64,000 nt of DNA from Nemertoderma westbladi (lineage: Eukaryota; Animalia; Xenacoelomorpha): positions 57,723 to 121,722 of the forward strand of contig JAUCBJ010000641.1 of assembly GCA_032718475.1 (NCBI GenBank). The letters run 5' to 3'. Positions 49,501-63,167 of this stretch are shown piece by piece. The notes under the pieces are model-generated. The model did not search any database, was not told the DNA's origin, and saw only the letters and a list, made by a program, of their open reading frames with translations. Position 1 is the stretch's first letter, and each line of letters opens with the position of its first letter. A program made the translations under genes and the position numbers.

Positions 49501-52500
49501 TTATCCCAAAGGCTTGGATGGTCATCCAGTACTCCACCGGTTTCTTGTTGAGGTCTCCTTCAGGCCACCACAGAAATCGTAGGCTGTCTCGATCCCTATC
49601 CAGCGCTTTGACTTGTAAGAACATGCCTTCTATATCTGAGGCGAAAGCAATTGAATATTGTCTTAATCTTAATAGTATTCCCAACAAGGATTGGAGTAAG
49701 TTGGGTCCGGGTAACAATTCAGAATTAAGAGATTGGCCCATATAAAGGGCGGAACCGTCAAACACCACTCGTACTTCATGGGGTTTACCGGGTTTGGGAA
49801 CGTAATGGTGAGTTAAATAATACGTTCTCTCAGTTATAGGTGTTTCTTCCGGTACTAGCTCCGCATATCCCTTGCTAATAAACTTCTTCAACTGCGTTTG
49901 ATACATTTCTTTAGCTGAAGAATTTGCCGTAAGGCGTCGATGTAGTTGCGCAATTCTTTTCTCCGCCAAAGGTCTGTTGTTAATGAACTTCGGTTCTCGC
50001 TTTCGGAAAGGAAGTCCGATCTCATACCTACCTTGATCTTTAAGAAAACGAGTAGTTGTCGCTTGGATCTGCTTGGCTCTTTCTTCCTCCACCGATAGGG
50101 CCTTATCGTAGGAGTTGGGCTCTACAACCTCTTGAGTAAAGAATCTTACGGCGTGTTCATCCCGAGTCTTGGCATTATAACGTTCAATGACGTCATTAAG
50201 CTCGTCGTTATAGTCGTCTCGCTCGGATGGGAGAAGGAGTTGACATAAGTTCACTTGATTTTGCCAAGTCTCGCTTTCCTTAAGGAGATCGATGGCATTC
50301 TCCTCATCGAAAAGTTGATATATATCGTCGTTGTCTGAGGAGTATGGAGTTCCCTCAGTTGGATCGTCGAACTCACTGTTCTCAACTTCCCATTCTCGCA
50401 CTTGATATACCTGATCTTTCGGTAATCTTTCCATGAGAGTTCTACGGGAAGGGCCAGTAAAGTACCAACCTACTCTAGTTCTTACCGCATAGGTCTGTAG
50501 TGGCTGCGGTTGAGCAGGCCGTTTCTCCAATGTCTCGAGCGCCTCATGCGCGTTTTGGCCGATGAGTATTTGCACTCCAGGATAATCAGTCTGGAATCGA
50601 GGTATCTTAAGATGTTGGATGCTCTCATCCTCGTCCCAATTATAAAGGTCTGCTTGAGTGGTAGCGAAGTTCTTTATAGCCACCATTTTCACTGACCTTA
50701 TGCTACGTTCTCCTAGTTCGTCCTGGGGGGTGGACAACGCACCTACATAATAATCCGCTGTTACTGTGGATTTCCAAACTTGCATAATTCCTGACATGTT
50801 TAGCTTAGTTCGGAACTTGGGTTGTCCATCGAATATGTCTTCGGCTAGCTCTTTGTCGATGAATGTTCCTGTACTACCGGAGTCAAGGAGGGCGTTCACT
50901 ACATAACTCCTTTTTGGTCCGTGGACCCTTACCTGTACCACAGGAAATTCTCTAATCCCTACATTGGAAGTTGGCGCTTTCCAAAATGGTTGTTGATCAG
51001 AAGTAGTTAGGGTAAGGTCGCTGTCCGTATCTCTTTCATACGTGAGTGCTCGATACACTGTGGTATTTATCGTGTAACAGGATTCGTTTTCGTCGGAGAA
51101 CTCGTCCGTATAGAATCCTTCCATCTCAGATTGATCAGTGTCGTTCACATCACTGAATTGGACATGTAGTTCGGAATCACTTACCTGACTCGGACTATTT
51201 CGCTCGAATTCAGTGTGCAACAAGATATGATGTTTCGCACCGCACTTGGCACATCTTGTGTCAGAGTAACAGGTTCGCCGTTGGTGTCCATGTCTGAGGC
51301 AATTATAACACAACCGCTTATCCCACATGACTTCACGTCTCTCAGTTAATGATTTCTTTAGAAATTCATCACACATATTTAAGCGATGGGTCCCATCACA
51401 TAGCGCACATTTCGGTTTGATGTTACTCACCTTACTCTGAGTAACATTGTGTACACTTGTTTTTTCTTCGGGCTTTCTCACCTGAATTCTCTTGGGAGAC
51501 GTAGGAGGAGTTTTTCTTACCTGCTCTCTCCTGTCATTGGTTCGAGACTTGAATTTACTTACCTGATCTTTAGGCATTTTATTTACGTAATAAGATCTGT
51601 CAGTGTCTTTCCCGCCATCTTCTCCTTGAGAAGTCTGGCTTTCGCCGTCATCTGTATAACACACTGGTGTTACCTTTCTCCTAGAGACGGGTTTTTCACT
51701 TACCTTGTTTTCCGGTGTCTTCTCTCTGGACAGTTTCAGGAGCTGTAATTTCACTTCTCCATCTAGGAATGACATGAGATCAGCCATGGTAGGGTCTCGT
51801 CGTTGTTGTTCCATCATATATAACACTTTCTTATCCCAGCGTGTACCTACTCCACCCTTCGGTAAAGTAGAAGCCACTGCTCTAATAACCATAGCACTCT
51901 GATACTCATGAGACTTACCTAGCCAATCTAATTGTCTGCAGATCTCCTGAATCTCATCGGAAAACTCTATAATCCCGCTGCTCATAAACTTTCGGGGCGC
52001 CACTAACTTTGCATACAAATACCCAGCTATGTTATTCCTATTACCATACCTGATGTTTAGTGTATCCCAAACTTGTCTTAATCCGTCTGGATGTCCAATA
52101 AACTTTAACGCCATTAACTTGGGAGATCCTTCCAAGCACTCGATGAGGAACCTAAGTTTCTCTCCATTAGATAGCACAGAGTTCTGTATGTTATCTTTGT
52201 AATATTCATTAAAAGGTAACCATTTCATCTCATCTCCATTGAACTTGACGATCTCTCCCACCTTTACTGCTTGCCGGGCTTCGGTTCTAGCCATTTGACG
52301 CGTAAAACTTTCTTGGGCCATCGTGTTATTTAATATCGAGTTATCGGTATATAAATTTCTCGGATTATGATCCGGTCTATAGGGAATATCATTATCAACA
52401 GGTCTATAATTACTCTTAATAGGGTTCACTATAGGAGTTTCTACTTCGCTAGCAGTATAGATGCGTGTAGGCTCCACACCTTGCGCATGAGATACTTCAG

Positions 52501-54589
52501 ACCTAACAGGTTGACACATTGTTACAGGGGGTGGTGGTATACCCTTTTGTAAATTTACTAATTTATCACATTCTAGCGCGATATTTTGCTGCACTTCTTG
52601 CAACTCTAACCTACTTTCCTTTACGGTTCCCTTTAACTGTTGAACAGTCCCTTCTAACTCTCGGACCTGTTGGGAGGAGCGCACTCGATTCTCCTCCATC
52701 TTTCCGAGGAGAATGTCCATCCCCCGCCGTCTCTCGTCCACCCAATCAACCGCCGAAGCGGGATCCGCCAACGTCGTAGCGGGCAGACGAGGGACTACGG
52801 GCGATATATCCTTTATATTTCGCTCGGAGTCCAGGACCGACACTGTTTCAAGGGCTGTTCCTCTAGGCACAGATAATTTGGTGCTGTGTAAAGGGAATTT
52901 AAAGGTAGGTTCTGGGAGTACAGGTGTCTCTATCACCGAAGGGGTGATTTCAAGAACAGGCCTAATTATTTCAGGCTCATCTACTATAGTAGGGAGTCTT
53001 TCTATTTTAATTATTTGGTCTGTGGGTTCTGTACTACCTAAGTTTGTGTTATTTAGTTGCCTTCTAACAGCTGGGGGCAAATCAGGTAATTTCTGACGGT
53101 GGGACATTCTTTTACGTCTGCTTAGGCGAGATCGATTTCCTCCTCCTTCAGGATCGGTGGTATCGCCTTCCTCAGATGATGTATAACCCTGTCTTTTGGG
53201 AGTAGATCGATTCATCATCTGCATATTACTAGCTGTTAACTGTTTACTGAAGTCGTCTTGCTTCTCTTGAAGATTTTCCAACTCCAGTTGGGCGATCTCT
53301 TCAGCCGCTCTCCGTTCTGCTTCCGCCACCGCCGCCGCTTTTGCCTCTGCCGCTGCTTCTGCCAAGGTCGCTTTTCTTTCTGCCTCTGCCACTGCTGCTA
53401 TCTTTCTGTCTTCTATACGTTTTTTCTTTATTTGTTCTTCTTGAACCTTAGCGATGCGGATACTTTCATTGAATTTAGCTTGGTTCGCAGCTAACCTATC
53501 CACATCGATTGCGTCCAACACACGCTGGGCTCCTTCACTATTAGGGCTAAGTCCCTCTAGCCTTCTCCTCAGCTCTTCATCACCTACAAAACGTTGATAG
53601 TCCGACAGATAGATATCAATAGCATCCCTCTTATGCGGTTTCTCTGCTGTCGCTTCACTCTCCACTTGGGAAAATGTAGCGTCTGTTGATTCTCCATGGG
53701 TTGAGCGCTCATCTAGTTGGGCTTTCCACTGAGCCGTTCCTTGAACCTGGAGACTCACCTTTTGAAACCAAGTCTTTACAGCAACTTGCAACGACGTGTC
53801 TTGTCTTCTTTTAGAAGCCTCCTCAAAGGCTGATAAGATTAGCCTGATTCGTAGAATTCTTTCTCTAACTTGATAAAGCAGTTGTCCCTGCTCTTGAGGT
53901 CCTTGGGGTTGTTGAAACAGTTGTTTTTCTACTTGCTCCATAGAGCTGAAGAATCCCTGTGCGTATCCGGCTGCGGACCTCTTCCACACAGCTGGATCGG
54001 TGGTCTCCTTGGCTACTCCCATCCGGTGTATGTCTTCCCAGGCAGCTTCTGATAAATCAAACGGGAGTCCGGGTCCGGGGAAGTTCCATTGCGACTCGAC
54101 CATAGACTTCAGTTCTTCCCTTGTGTATCCCTCATAACTATCTTTAGTTGATCGCTTACTTCTCGCCCAATCGATCTGGTGTTCTTCCACCGCGATCAAT
54201 ATCCTAGTGAGTACGGCTGCAGGCAGGATGAGAAGGGGATCCGAATAAACCGCATCCGTCATCTTTGCTCCGCGCTCGGGTGTCAGCTCTACAGTATCTT
54301 CACTACTGGAGCTGTTGGGCTGCTGAGAAATAAGTTCTTGGCTCGCGGGTTGTTGCTGTTCCGCTGCTTCTTGGTCCCGCTTGACCTGGGCTCGAGTGCC
54401 TATGATAGACCTATGATGTTGGACCAGCCTCGGTTCTGTTATTACTACTGGAGGGATGACCTTCCTCACAGTGGGAGGTGAACTGAACTTAGGTGTAGAC
54501 GGTTCTACACCCTTATCTGAGTCGCAGATAGTTACATCTAATAAACTGTCTGACATGTTCTGCTTAGTATCAGACATGTTTGTTTGCAC
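46514..54589 (-). pseudogene. BEL/Pao Gag-Pol of element B with two in-frame stops (48908-48910 TAG, 47693-47695 TGA)
   Basis: Three track ORFs share one frame; LLDSGS, DIEGMFLQV, YMDD, FGDASD, NPADIASRG, DLFGP, SDKGTNF, GSWERLI. Confidence 0.93.
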
Positions 54590-56784
54590 AGTTGAATGCC
54601 TACTGCTATATTACAGTCCAAGCAAGTCTAGTAATTCAGTATTAACTGCTAGCCTAGTAGTTAATTACCGATACTGCTACTCAGTGTAGCGTGATATATA
54701 TAATATTAGAATACCGGTATGCTTATGGTATATATAAGTATTATTACAGACTAGATTTTTCACAGAAACCGGTATATAATTTTAGCACAAATATATATAA
54801 ATATATAATAGGCCTATAGTGGATACCGGTATGCAGTTTACACTTATAGTATATATAAGTATAATTATTAACTAGAATTAATTACAGAATACCGGTATGA
54901 TTTCAGCTTATATTTATAAAATAAAAATAATAAGCCTATTGTAAATACCGGTATATCAATTATTTTAGAATAATTGAATTTCTGAATTTTAAGGGTTACT
55001 TGGTTACTTTAACTTACTTTATTACCGTTATTTGAGCAGTAGTCCAACTGATATTGAGACTTAATTGTTATATGGCAGGCCTACTATTTATAAATCGTTT
55101 GAGTTGATTTATAATATATATAGACCCGTTTAATGGGTTTTGTCAATGTTTGAAATAAATGTTATTATTTCTGGGGGAGTCACTACACATAAGCAGTGCG
55201 CTCTCAGTGGAGTGCTACTTGTTAGACACTAAAACAAATAATTCTAATTTATCTAAGTTACTTAATACTACAAATTACGTACAATTCGTTTGAGATTACA
55301 ATATCTAAATAAACACAAAAATTTAATTACAAATACACAAATACGAATTTTTAGGGTAATTTTACAAGAAGTCTACTAACCAGCCTAACAAAGGGTTAGA
55401 ATATCTGGTTATTACAACGGACAGGTTACTACGGTATTTGAAAATAATAAGTAGTAGTAAATATACTGTGTTATCCAGATAGGAAAATACCACCGCCTGA
55501 CGACCTATAACCGTATCGCTATAGGTACTACGTTATGTATCACGGAGTGTCCCTACCTAGAAGTTAATTACCGCGGTCTACCAGAACCAACGTGCCTATT
55601 AACCACTTTACAACACAAATACTGCCTACACACTAATTGCTTTCGGAAAGCACTGTACACTAAACCCTAAATTAGGTACAAGTACTTGTATAACAAATAA
55701 TCAGTAGTTAAAAATACTTGAACAGCCAAAAGAACCACGGTATCTGCCGGAGTGACCAAAGCACAAAATCTCCAGTCTTTACCTACGCCGAGCAGCCCTG
55801 ATGTAGTACCGGGGTTAGTTTAACTATAACGGTATGTATAACAAACACAATTACTGTAGGAATAAACTTGGGGAATGAATGTTGCGAATAATAGCATAAA
55901 CTCTGAATAATAAATATTACGCTACGCGTACAAACTACTCAAACAAAATGCAGACCAAATACTGACAGACTACTATCAAGCCTAAACAAACTACGGTATA
56001 TGCAGACTCCAAAATGATTAGTTAGTATGCGTTCTAACCCAGTAGTACGACTTATTCTTTCACAGGGGGTTTACCTCACAGCACTTGAAGCCCCTACTTT
56101 CCTAACTTAGCACTTTATCGGACAGATGCTCTACACACACCGAAATTTCCTCAAACCCAACAACAGCCAGACAACTATCCAGCCTACAAATTATCTAAAT
56201 AAAATTATACGCTACCCGTACAGACTACACAAACAAAGTACAGACCAAACGATGGCAGACTACTATCAAGCCTAAATAAACCACAGGACATGCAGACTCC
56301 GAAATGGTTAAGTAGTATGCGTTCTAACCCAGTAGTACGACTTATTCTTTAGATGGGGGTTTACCTTACAGCTATGGCTGCCCCTACTTCCTAACCGTTC
56401 TTTATCGGACATACACTCTACATGCACTGCAATCCGTTCAGACCTAATTAACAGTTAGCCAACAGTCAAGCCTACAAATTATCTGTACAATCTGAGCAGG
56501 CTTACACGCCTTCTGCTCAATACTGGCCTACAAATAAATAAAACTGACAGAAATAGGCCTAAGTAAAATCCCAATAAAAACCAGGCGTCCCCGATTAATT
56601 ATTAAGACCTACCGGCATATAATAATCAAATCGAATAATACTGCTGTACTTGTACTGTAAGTAAGTACCGGTCCGGATGATCAGGCAGTCAGGCCTACTG
56701 GTTACCGGTCGACCGGTACTTTCGACTAGATTGCTTACACCGCAATCCAGAAGCAATATCTGTTATTGTTTCTGGATTAGTTCA

Positions 56785-56795
56785 ATATCTGTTAT
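56785..56795 (-). promoter_or_regulatory. Primer-binding position of B, complementary to its own LTR (57519-57529)
   Basis: Minus strand reads ATAACAGATAT directly after the LTR; LTR minus strand contains ATATCTGTTAT. Confidence 0.7.
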
Positions 56796-57966
56796 TGTAT
56801 GCGCTTTTAAGACCTTTGACAGTTTAACCTGCCAAATTAGGATGTCTTTTAGATGATATATATTCTTTAGCTTATGACGAGTATTTGAGACACTACATTA
56901 GCCGAAGCCAGTCTATGCGCAATCATTCACCCGTTGGATATACCCGGGAGACTGAATTCGGAGCTTAATGATTGATGGTGTAAGCCTACTGTATTATTCG
57001 ACTGATCGTAATATATAATCTCTGACAAATATTATTCACTTTCGGGAAATATTAACAGTTCCTTTAGGGCGTGGCGCTCTAAATATGTAAACAGAGTTAT
57101 GACTTAAACTAGACACAACAAAAAGGCTATAGATTCACGTATATGGCGCATTCTTTAGGAGATGCTTTGTTATCAGTTACAATCATACACAATGCTGCAC
57201 AATACTGCACACTAATCTGCCAACCTTCACTAAATTTGGTCACGTATAAAGAGAGCAACATACAATTTATGTCGGGCATATGAAATAGCATTAGATTCAC
57301 TTCAAACCACTTAACATAGGTCGCAATCGTTTATTTGTAACCGGTCTCTCTAACCTTTAGTATATCAAGAAGGTGGGGTGTCTGACTATTGATCAGTATT
57401 CCGATATAATATTTCATCAACCAATATAATGAATAACCGACAGCAAAAGCAGTAATATTAGTAATTTATGGATAGATATGGTATGTTAACTCGAATTGCA
57501 TTGGTATGGTTAGGTTAGATAACAGATATACGTTCTATAATTAAGCCTACTGATGTAAAGCTAAAGAATGCTGATATACGGAGGTGCCAAAAGCCAATGT
57601 TCTTAGGCTCTGGGCAAAAAACATAACACACTGAACTACTGAGTTCTGTATACACCTCCAACACAGAGACAAAAAACGCTCTGATTGGTCAACCGAACAA
57701 CGAGAGAACAAAGAAACAAAGAAATGTCGACGTGGCAATATCAGCTGTTAGCCGTCGTCATGGTAGCGACACTGTTTTCAAGAGCACCCAGCCCACCGCG
57801 TCACGAGACCGCGGATTATGTCCTCTAAAGTACAAACACAGAAGAAACGACCCCCACGCCCTCCAAAACACCAGCACAGCAAGGACACGGCCCTTTTATG
57901 CCTGGCAAACCAACTACAGAGTACTTTAAGGGAAAATAACCGGTTAATTACGCAAAAGCTTTTACA
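56796..57966 (-). repeat. 5' LTR of element B
   Basis: TGTATGCGC...CTTTTACA; clearly diverged from 39376-40531. Confidence 0.95.
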
Positions 57967-60900
57967 GAAACTTTCAGTTTGAAATGTATAAAATGTGAAA
58001 CTTTCAGTTTGAAATGTATAAAATGTGAATCTTTCAGTTTGAAATGTATAAAATGTGAAACTTTCAGTTTGAAATGTATAACATGTGAAACTTTCAGTTT
58101 GAAATGTATAAAATGTGAAACTTTCAGTTTGAAATGTATAAAATGTGAAACTTTCAGTTTGAAATGTATAACATGTGAAACTTTCAGTTTGAAATGTATA
58201 AAATGTGAAACTTTCAGTTTGAAATGTATAACATGTGAAACTTTCAGTTTGAAATGTATAAAATGTGAAACTTTCAGTTTGAAATGTATAAAATGTGAAA
58301 CTTTCAGTTTGAAATGTATAAAATGTGAAACTTTCAGTTTGAAATGTATAAAATGTGAAACTTTCAGTTTGAAATGTATAAAATGTGAAACTTTCAGTTT
58401 GAAATGTATAAAATGTGAAACTTTCAGTTTGAAATGTATAAAATGTGAAACTTTCAGTTTGAAATGTATAAAATGTGAAACTTTCAGTTTGAAATGTATA
58501 AAATGTGAAACTTTCAGTTTGAAATGTATAAAATGTGAAACTTTCAGTTTGAAATGTATAACATGTGAAACTTTCAGTTTGAAATGTATAAAAAGTGAAA
58601 CTTTCAGTTTGAAATGTATAAAATGTGAAACTTTCAGTTTGAAATGTATAAAATGTGAAACTTTCAGTTTGAAATATATAAAATGTGAAACTTTCAGTTT
58701 GAAATGTATAAAATGTGAAACTTTCAGTTTGAAATGTATAACATGTGAAACTTTCAGTTTGAAATGTATAACATATGAAACTTTCAGTTTGAAATGTATA
58801 AAATGTCAAACTTTCAGTTTGAAATGTATAAAATGTGAAACTTTCAGTTTGAAATGTATAACATGTGAAACTTTCAGTTTGAAATGTATAAAATGTCAAA
58901 CTTTCAGTTTGAAATGTATAAAATGTGAAACTTTCAGTTTGAAATGTATAAAATGTCAAACTTTCAGTTTGAAATGTATAAAATGTGAAACTTTCAGTTT
59001 GAAATGTATAAAATGTCAAACTTTCAGTTTGAAATGTATAAAATGTCAAACTTTCAGTTTGAAATGTATAAAATGTGAAACTTTCAGTTTGAAATGTATA
59101 AAATGTCAAACTTTCAGTTTGAAATGTATAAAATGTGAAACTTTCAGTTTGAAATGTATAAAATGTGAATCTTTCAGTTTGAAATGTAGAAAATGTGAAA
59201 CTTTCAGTTTGAAATGTATAAAATGTGAAACTTTCAGTTTGAAATGTATAAAATGTGAATCTTTCAGTTTGAAATGTATAAAATGTGAAACTTTCAGTTT
59301 GAAATGTATAACATGTGAAACTTTCAGTTTGAAATGTATAAAATGTCAAACTTTCAGTTTGAAATGTATAAAATGTGAAACTTTCAGTTTGAAATGTATA
59401 ACATGTCAAACTTTCAGTTTGAAATGTATAAAATGTCAAACTTTCAGTTTGAAATGTATAAAATGTGAAACTTTCAGTTTGAAATGTATAACATGTGAAA
59501 CTTTCAGTTTGAAAAGTATAAAATGTGAAACTTTCAGTTTGAAATATATAAAATGTGAAACTTTCAGTTTGAAATGTATAAAATGTGAAACTTTCAGTTT
59601 GAAATGTATAAAATGTGAAACTTTCAGTTTGAAATGTATAAAATGTGAAACTTTCAGTTTGAAATGTATAAAATGTGAAACTTTCAGTTTGAAATGTATA
59701 AAATGTGAAACTTTCAGTTTGAAATGTATAAAATGTGAATCTTTCAGTTTGAAATGTATAAAATGTGAAACTTTCAGTTTGAAATGTATAACATGTGAAA
59801 CTTTCAGTTTGAAATGTATAAAATGTCAAACTTTCAGTTTGAAATGTATAAAATGTGAAACTTTCAGTTTGAAATGTATAACATGTGAAACTTTCAGTTT
59901 GAAATGTATAAAATGTCATACTTTCAGTTTGAAATGTATAAAATGTGAAACTTTCAGTTTGAAATGTATAAAATGTGAATCTTTCAGTTTGAAATGTAGA
60001 AAATGTGAAACTTTCAGTTTGAAATATATAAAATGTGAAACTTTCAGTTTGAAATGTATAAAATGTGAAACTTTCAGTTTGAAATGTATAAAATGTGAAA
60101 CTTTCAGTTTGATATGTATAAAATGTGAAACTTTCAGTTTGAAATGTATAAAATGTGAAACTTTCAGTTTGAAATGTATAAAATGTGAAACTTTCAGTTT
60201 GAAATGTATAAAATGTGAAACTTTCAGTTTGAAATGTATAAAATGTGAAACTTTCAGTTTGAAATGTATAAAATGTGAAACTTTCAGTTTGAAATGTATA
60301 AAATGTGAAACTTTCAGTTTGAAATGTATAACATGTGAAACTTTCAGTTTGAAATGTATAACATGTGAAACTTTCAGTTTGAAATGTATAACATGTGAAA
60401 CTTTCAGTTTGAAATGTATAACATGTGAAACTTTCAGTTTGAAATGTATAAAATGTCAAACTTTCAGTTTAAAATGTATAAAATGTCAAACTTTCAGTTT
60501 GAAATGTATAAAATGTCAAACTTTCAGTTTGAAATGTATAAAATGTCAAACTTTCAGTTTGAAATGTATAAAATGTCAAACTTTCAGTTTGAAATGTATA
60601 AAATGTCAAACTTTCAGTTTGAAATGTATAAAATGTGAAACTTTCAGTTTGAAATGTATAACATGTGAAACTTTCAGTTTGAAATGTATAAAATGTGAAA
60701 CTTTCAGTTTGAAATGTATAAAATGTGAAACTTTCAGTTTGAAATGTATAAAATGTGAAACTTTCAGTTTGAAATGTATAAAATGTGAAACTTTCAGTTT
60801 GAAATGTATAAAATGTGAAACTTTCAGTTTGAAATGTATAAAATGTGAAACTTTCAGTTTGAAATGTATAAAATGTGAAACTTTCAGTTTGAAATGTATA

Positions 60901-62487
60901 AAATGTGAATCTTTCAGTTTGAAATGTATAAAATGTGAAACTTTCAGTTTGAAATGTATAAAATGTGAAACTTTCAGTTTGAAATGTATAAAATGTGAAA
61001 CTTTCAGTTTGAAATGTATAAAATGTGAAACTTTCAGTTTGAAATGTATAAAATGTGAATCTTTCAGTTTGAAATGTATAAAATGTGAAACTTTCAGTTT
61101 GAAATGTATAAAATGTCAAACTTTCAGTTTGAAATGTATAAAATGTGAAACTTTCAGTTTGAAATGTATAACATGTGAAACTTTCAGTTTGAAATGTATA
61201 AAATGTCAAACTTTCAGTTTGAAATGTATAAAATGTGAAACTTTCAGTTTGAAATGTATAAAATGTGAATCTTTCAGTTTGAAATGTAGAAAATGTGAAT
61301 CTTTCAGTTTGAAATGTATAAAATGTGAAACTTTCAGTTTGAAATGTATAAAATGTGAAACTTTCAGTTTGAAATGTATAACATGTGAAACTTTCAGTTT
61401 GAAATGTATAAAATGTCAAACTTTCAGTTTGAAATGTATAAAATGTGAAACTTTCAGTTTGAAATGTATAACATGTGAAACTTTCAGTTTGAAATGTATA
61501 AAATGTCAAACTTTCAGTTTGAAATGTATAAAATGTGAAACTTTCAGTTTGAAATGTATAAAATGTGAATCTTTCAGTTTGAAATGTAGAAAATGTGAAA
61601 CTTTCAGTTTGAAATGTATAAAATGTGAAACTTTCAGTTTGAAATGTATAAAATGTGAATCTTTCAGTTTGAAATGTATAAAATGTGAAACTTTCAGTTT
61701 GAAATGTATAACATGTGAAACTTTCAGTTTGAAATGTATAAAATGTCAAACTTTCAGTTTGAAATGTATAAAATGTGAAACTTTCAGTTTGAAATGTATA
61801 ACATGTGAAACTTTCAGTTTGAAATGTATAAAATGTCAAACTTTCAGTTTGAAATGTATAAAATGTCAAACTTTCAGTTTGAAATGTATAAAATGTCAAA
61901 CTTTCAGTTTGAAATGTATAAAATGTCAAACTTTCAGTTTGAAATGTATAAAATGTGAAACTTTCAGTTTGAAATGTATAACATGTGAAACTTTCAGTTT
62001 GAAATGTATAAAATGTGAAACTTTCAGTTTGAAATGTATAAAATGTGAAACTTTCAGTTTGAAATGTATAAAATGTGAAACTTTCAGTTTGAAATGTATA
62101 AAATGTGAAACTTTCAGTTTGAAATGTATAAAATGTGAAACTTTCAGTTTGAAATGTATAAAATGTGAAACTTTCAGTTTGAAATGTATAAAATGTGAAA
62201 CTTTCAGTTTGAAATGTATAAAATGTGAATCTTTCAGTTTGAAATGTATAAAATGTGAAACTTTCAGTTTGAAATGTATAACATGTGAAACTTTCAGTTT
62301 GAAATGTATAAAATGTCAAACTTTCAGTTTGAAATGTATAAAATGTGAAACTTTCAGTTTGAAATGTAGAAAATGTGAAACTTTCAGTTTGAAATGTATA
62401 AAATGTGAAACTTTCAGTTTGAAATGTATAAAATGTGAAACTTTCAGTTTGAAATGTATAAAATGTGAAACTTTCAGTTTGAAATGT
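57967..62487. repeat. 30-bp tandem array, ~150 units
   Basis: AAATGTGAAACTTTCAGTTTGAAATGTATA with point variants and no visible indels. Confidence 0.98.
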
Positions 62488-62784
62488 TCTCGAATGCTTG
62501 GCAGTGCCCTTAACAGCTGATACAGTGACCGGTAAAGATGATTGAGAAAACGAACCACCTTAAATGAACGGGTAGGCTAAATTTGTAGACAATGAATGTA
62601 TCTGTCTGTAAGGGCCATTAAACGCAGCCAATCATCGCCAATACCTTGAAAACACTGTCCGGTGTTCAGACAGGCATGTGCAATGAACAACAAGATGATG
62701 CAACCAAGCACATCCTGACTTTGGAGAACAAGGTACTGATGGCGACAGAAGTCCTGTTATTTCAGCTCATTTGATTAAAAAGTT

Positions 62785-63167
62785 ACTTACGGACAGCGGG
62801 ACTCCCAGATCCCGCAAACGGAAACAGCTGCCATTTTTTCCCTGTAATATGTATAAAAATGTTGTTAGTTGTTTTGAATAAAGGGAAGGTGTGTCTATTT
62901 AATTTCAGTAATTACTGCACTTAATGACTATTTGTATCAGAACTACAGTTCTCCAAACATTGTCAAAGTAAAAAAAATATTATTCAAATTTGAGATTATA
63001 CAAAAACTTAACAAATAATAAAATTTGTGAAATTTCGCTGGGATGAGTTGCTCTCATCTATAATTAGTCCACTAAAACAAATATTTCGTCCGAAGTGCGA
63101 AAATCAACTTCAGGAGATTAGCTTTTGTGTTTGGGACTCCGGAGTCCCGCAGTCCTCAAAGGGCTAA
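62785..63167. mobile_element. Possible piggyBac-like MITE
   Basis: Imperfect inverted ends GGACAGCGGGACTCCCAGATCCC and GGGACTCCGGAGTCCCGCAGTCCTCAAAGGGCTAA. Confidence 0.4.

Larger units (their letters stand above)
39376..57966 (-). mobile_element. BEL/Pao LTR retrotransposon B, ~18.6 kb, near complete, with extra ORF
   Basis: LTRs 39376-40531 and 56796-57966; Gag-PR-RT-RH-IN; PPT GGGAGCGG at 40539-40532; flanks ACTAC and GAAAC do not match. Confidence 0.95.

Noticed and set aside
57979-62520. 1513-aa KCIKCETFSL CxxC-repeat protein and antisense FTFYTFQTES ORFs
   Set aside because: Translation of a 30-bp satellite; no His ligands of real zinc fingers, no ATG start, near-identical DNA units
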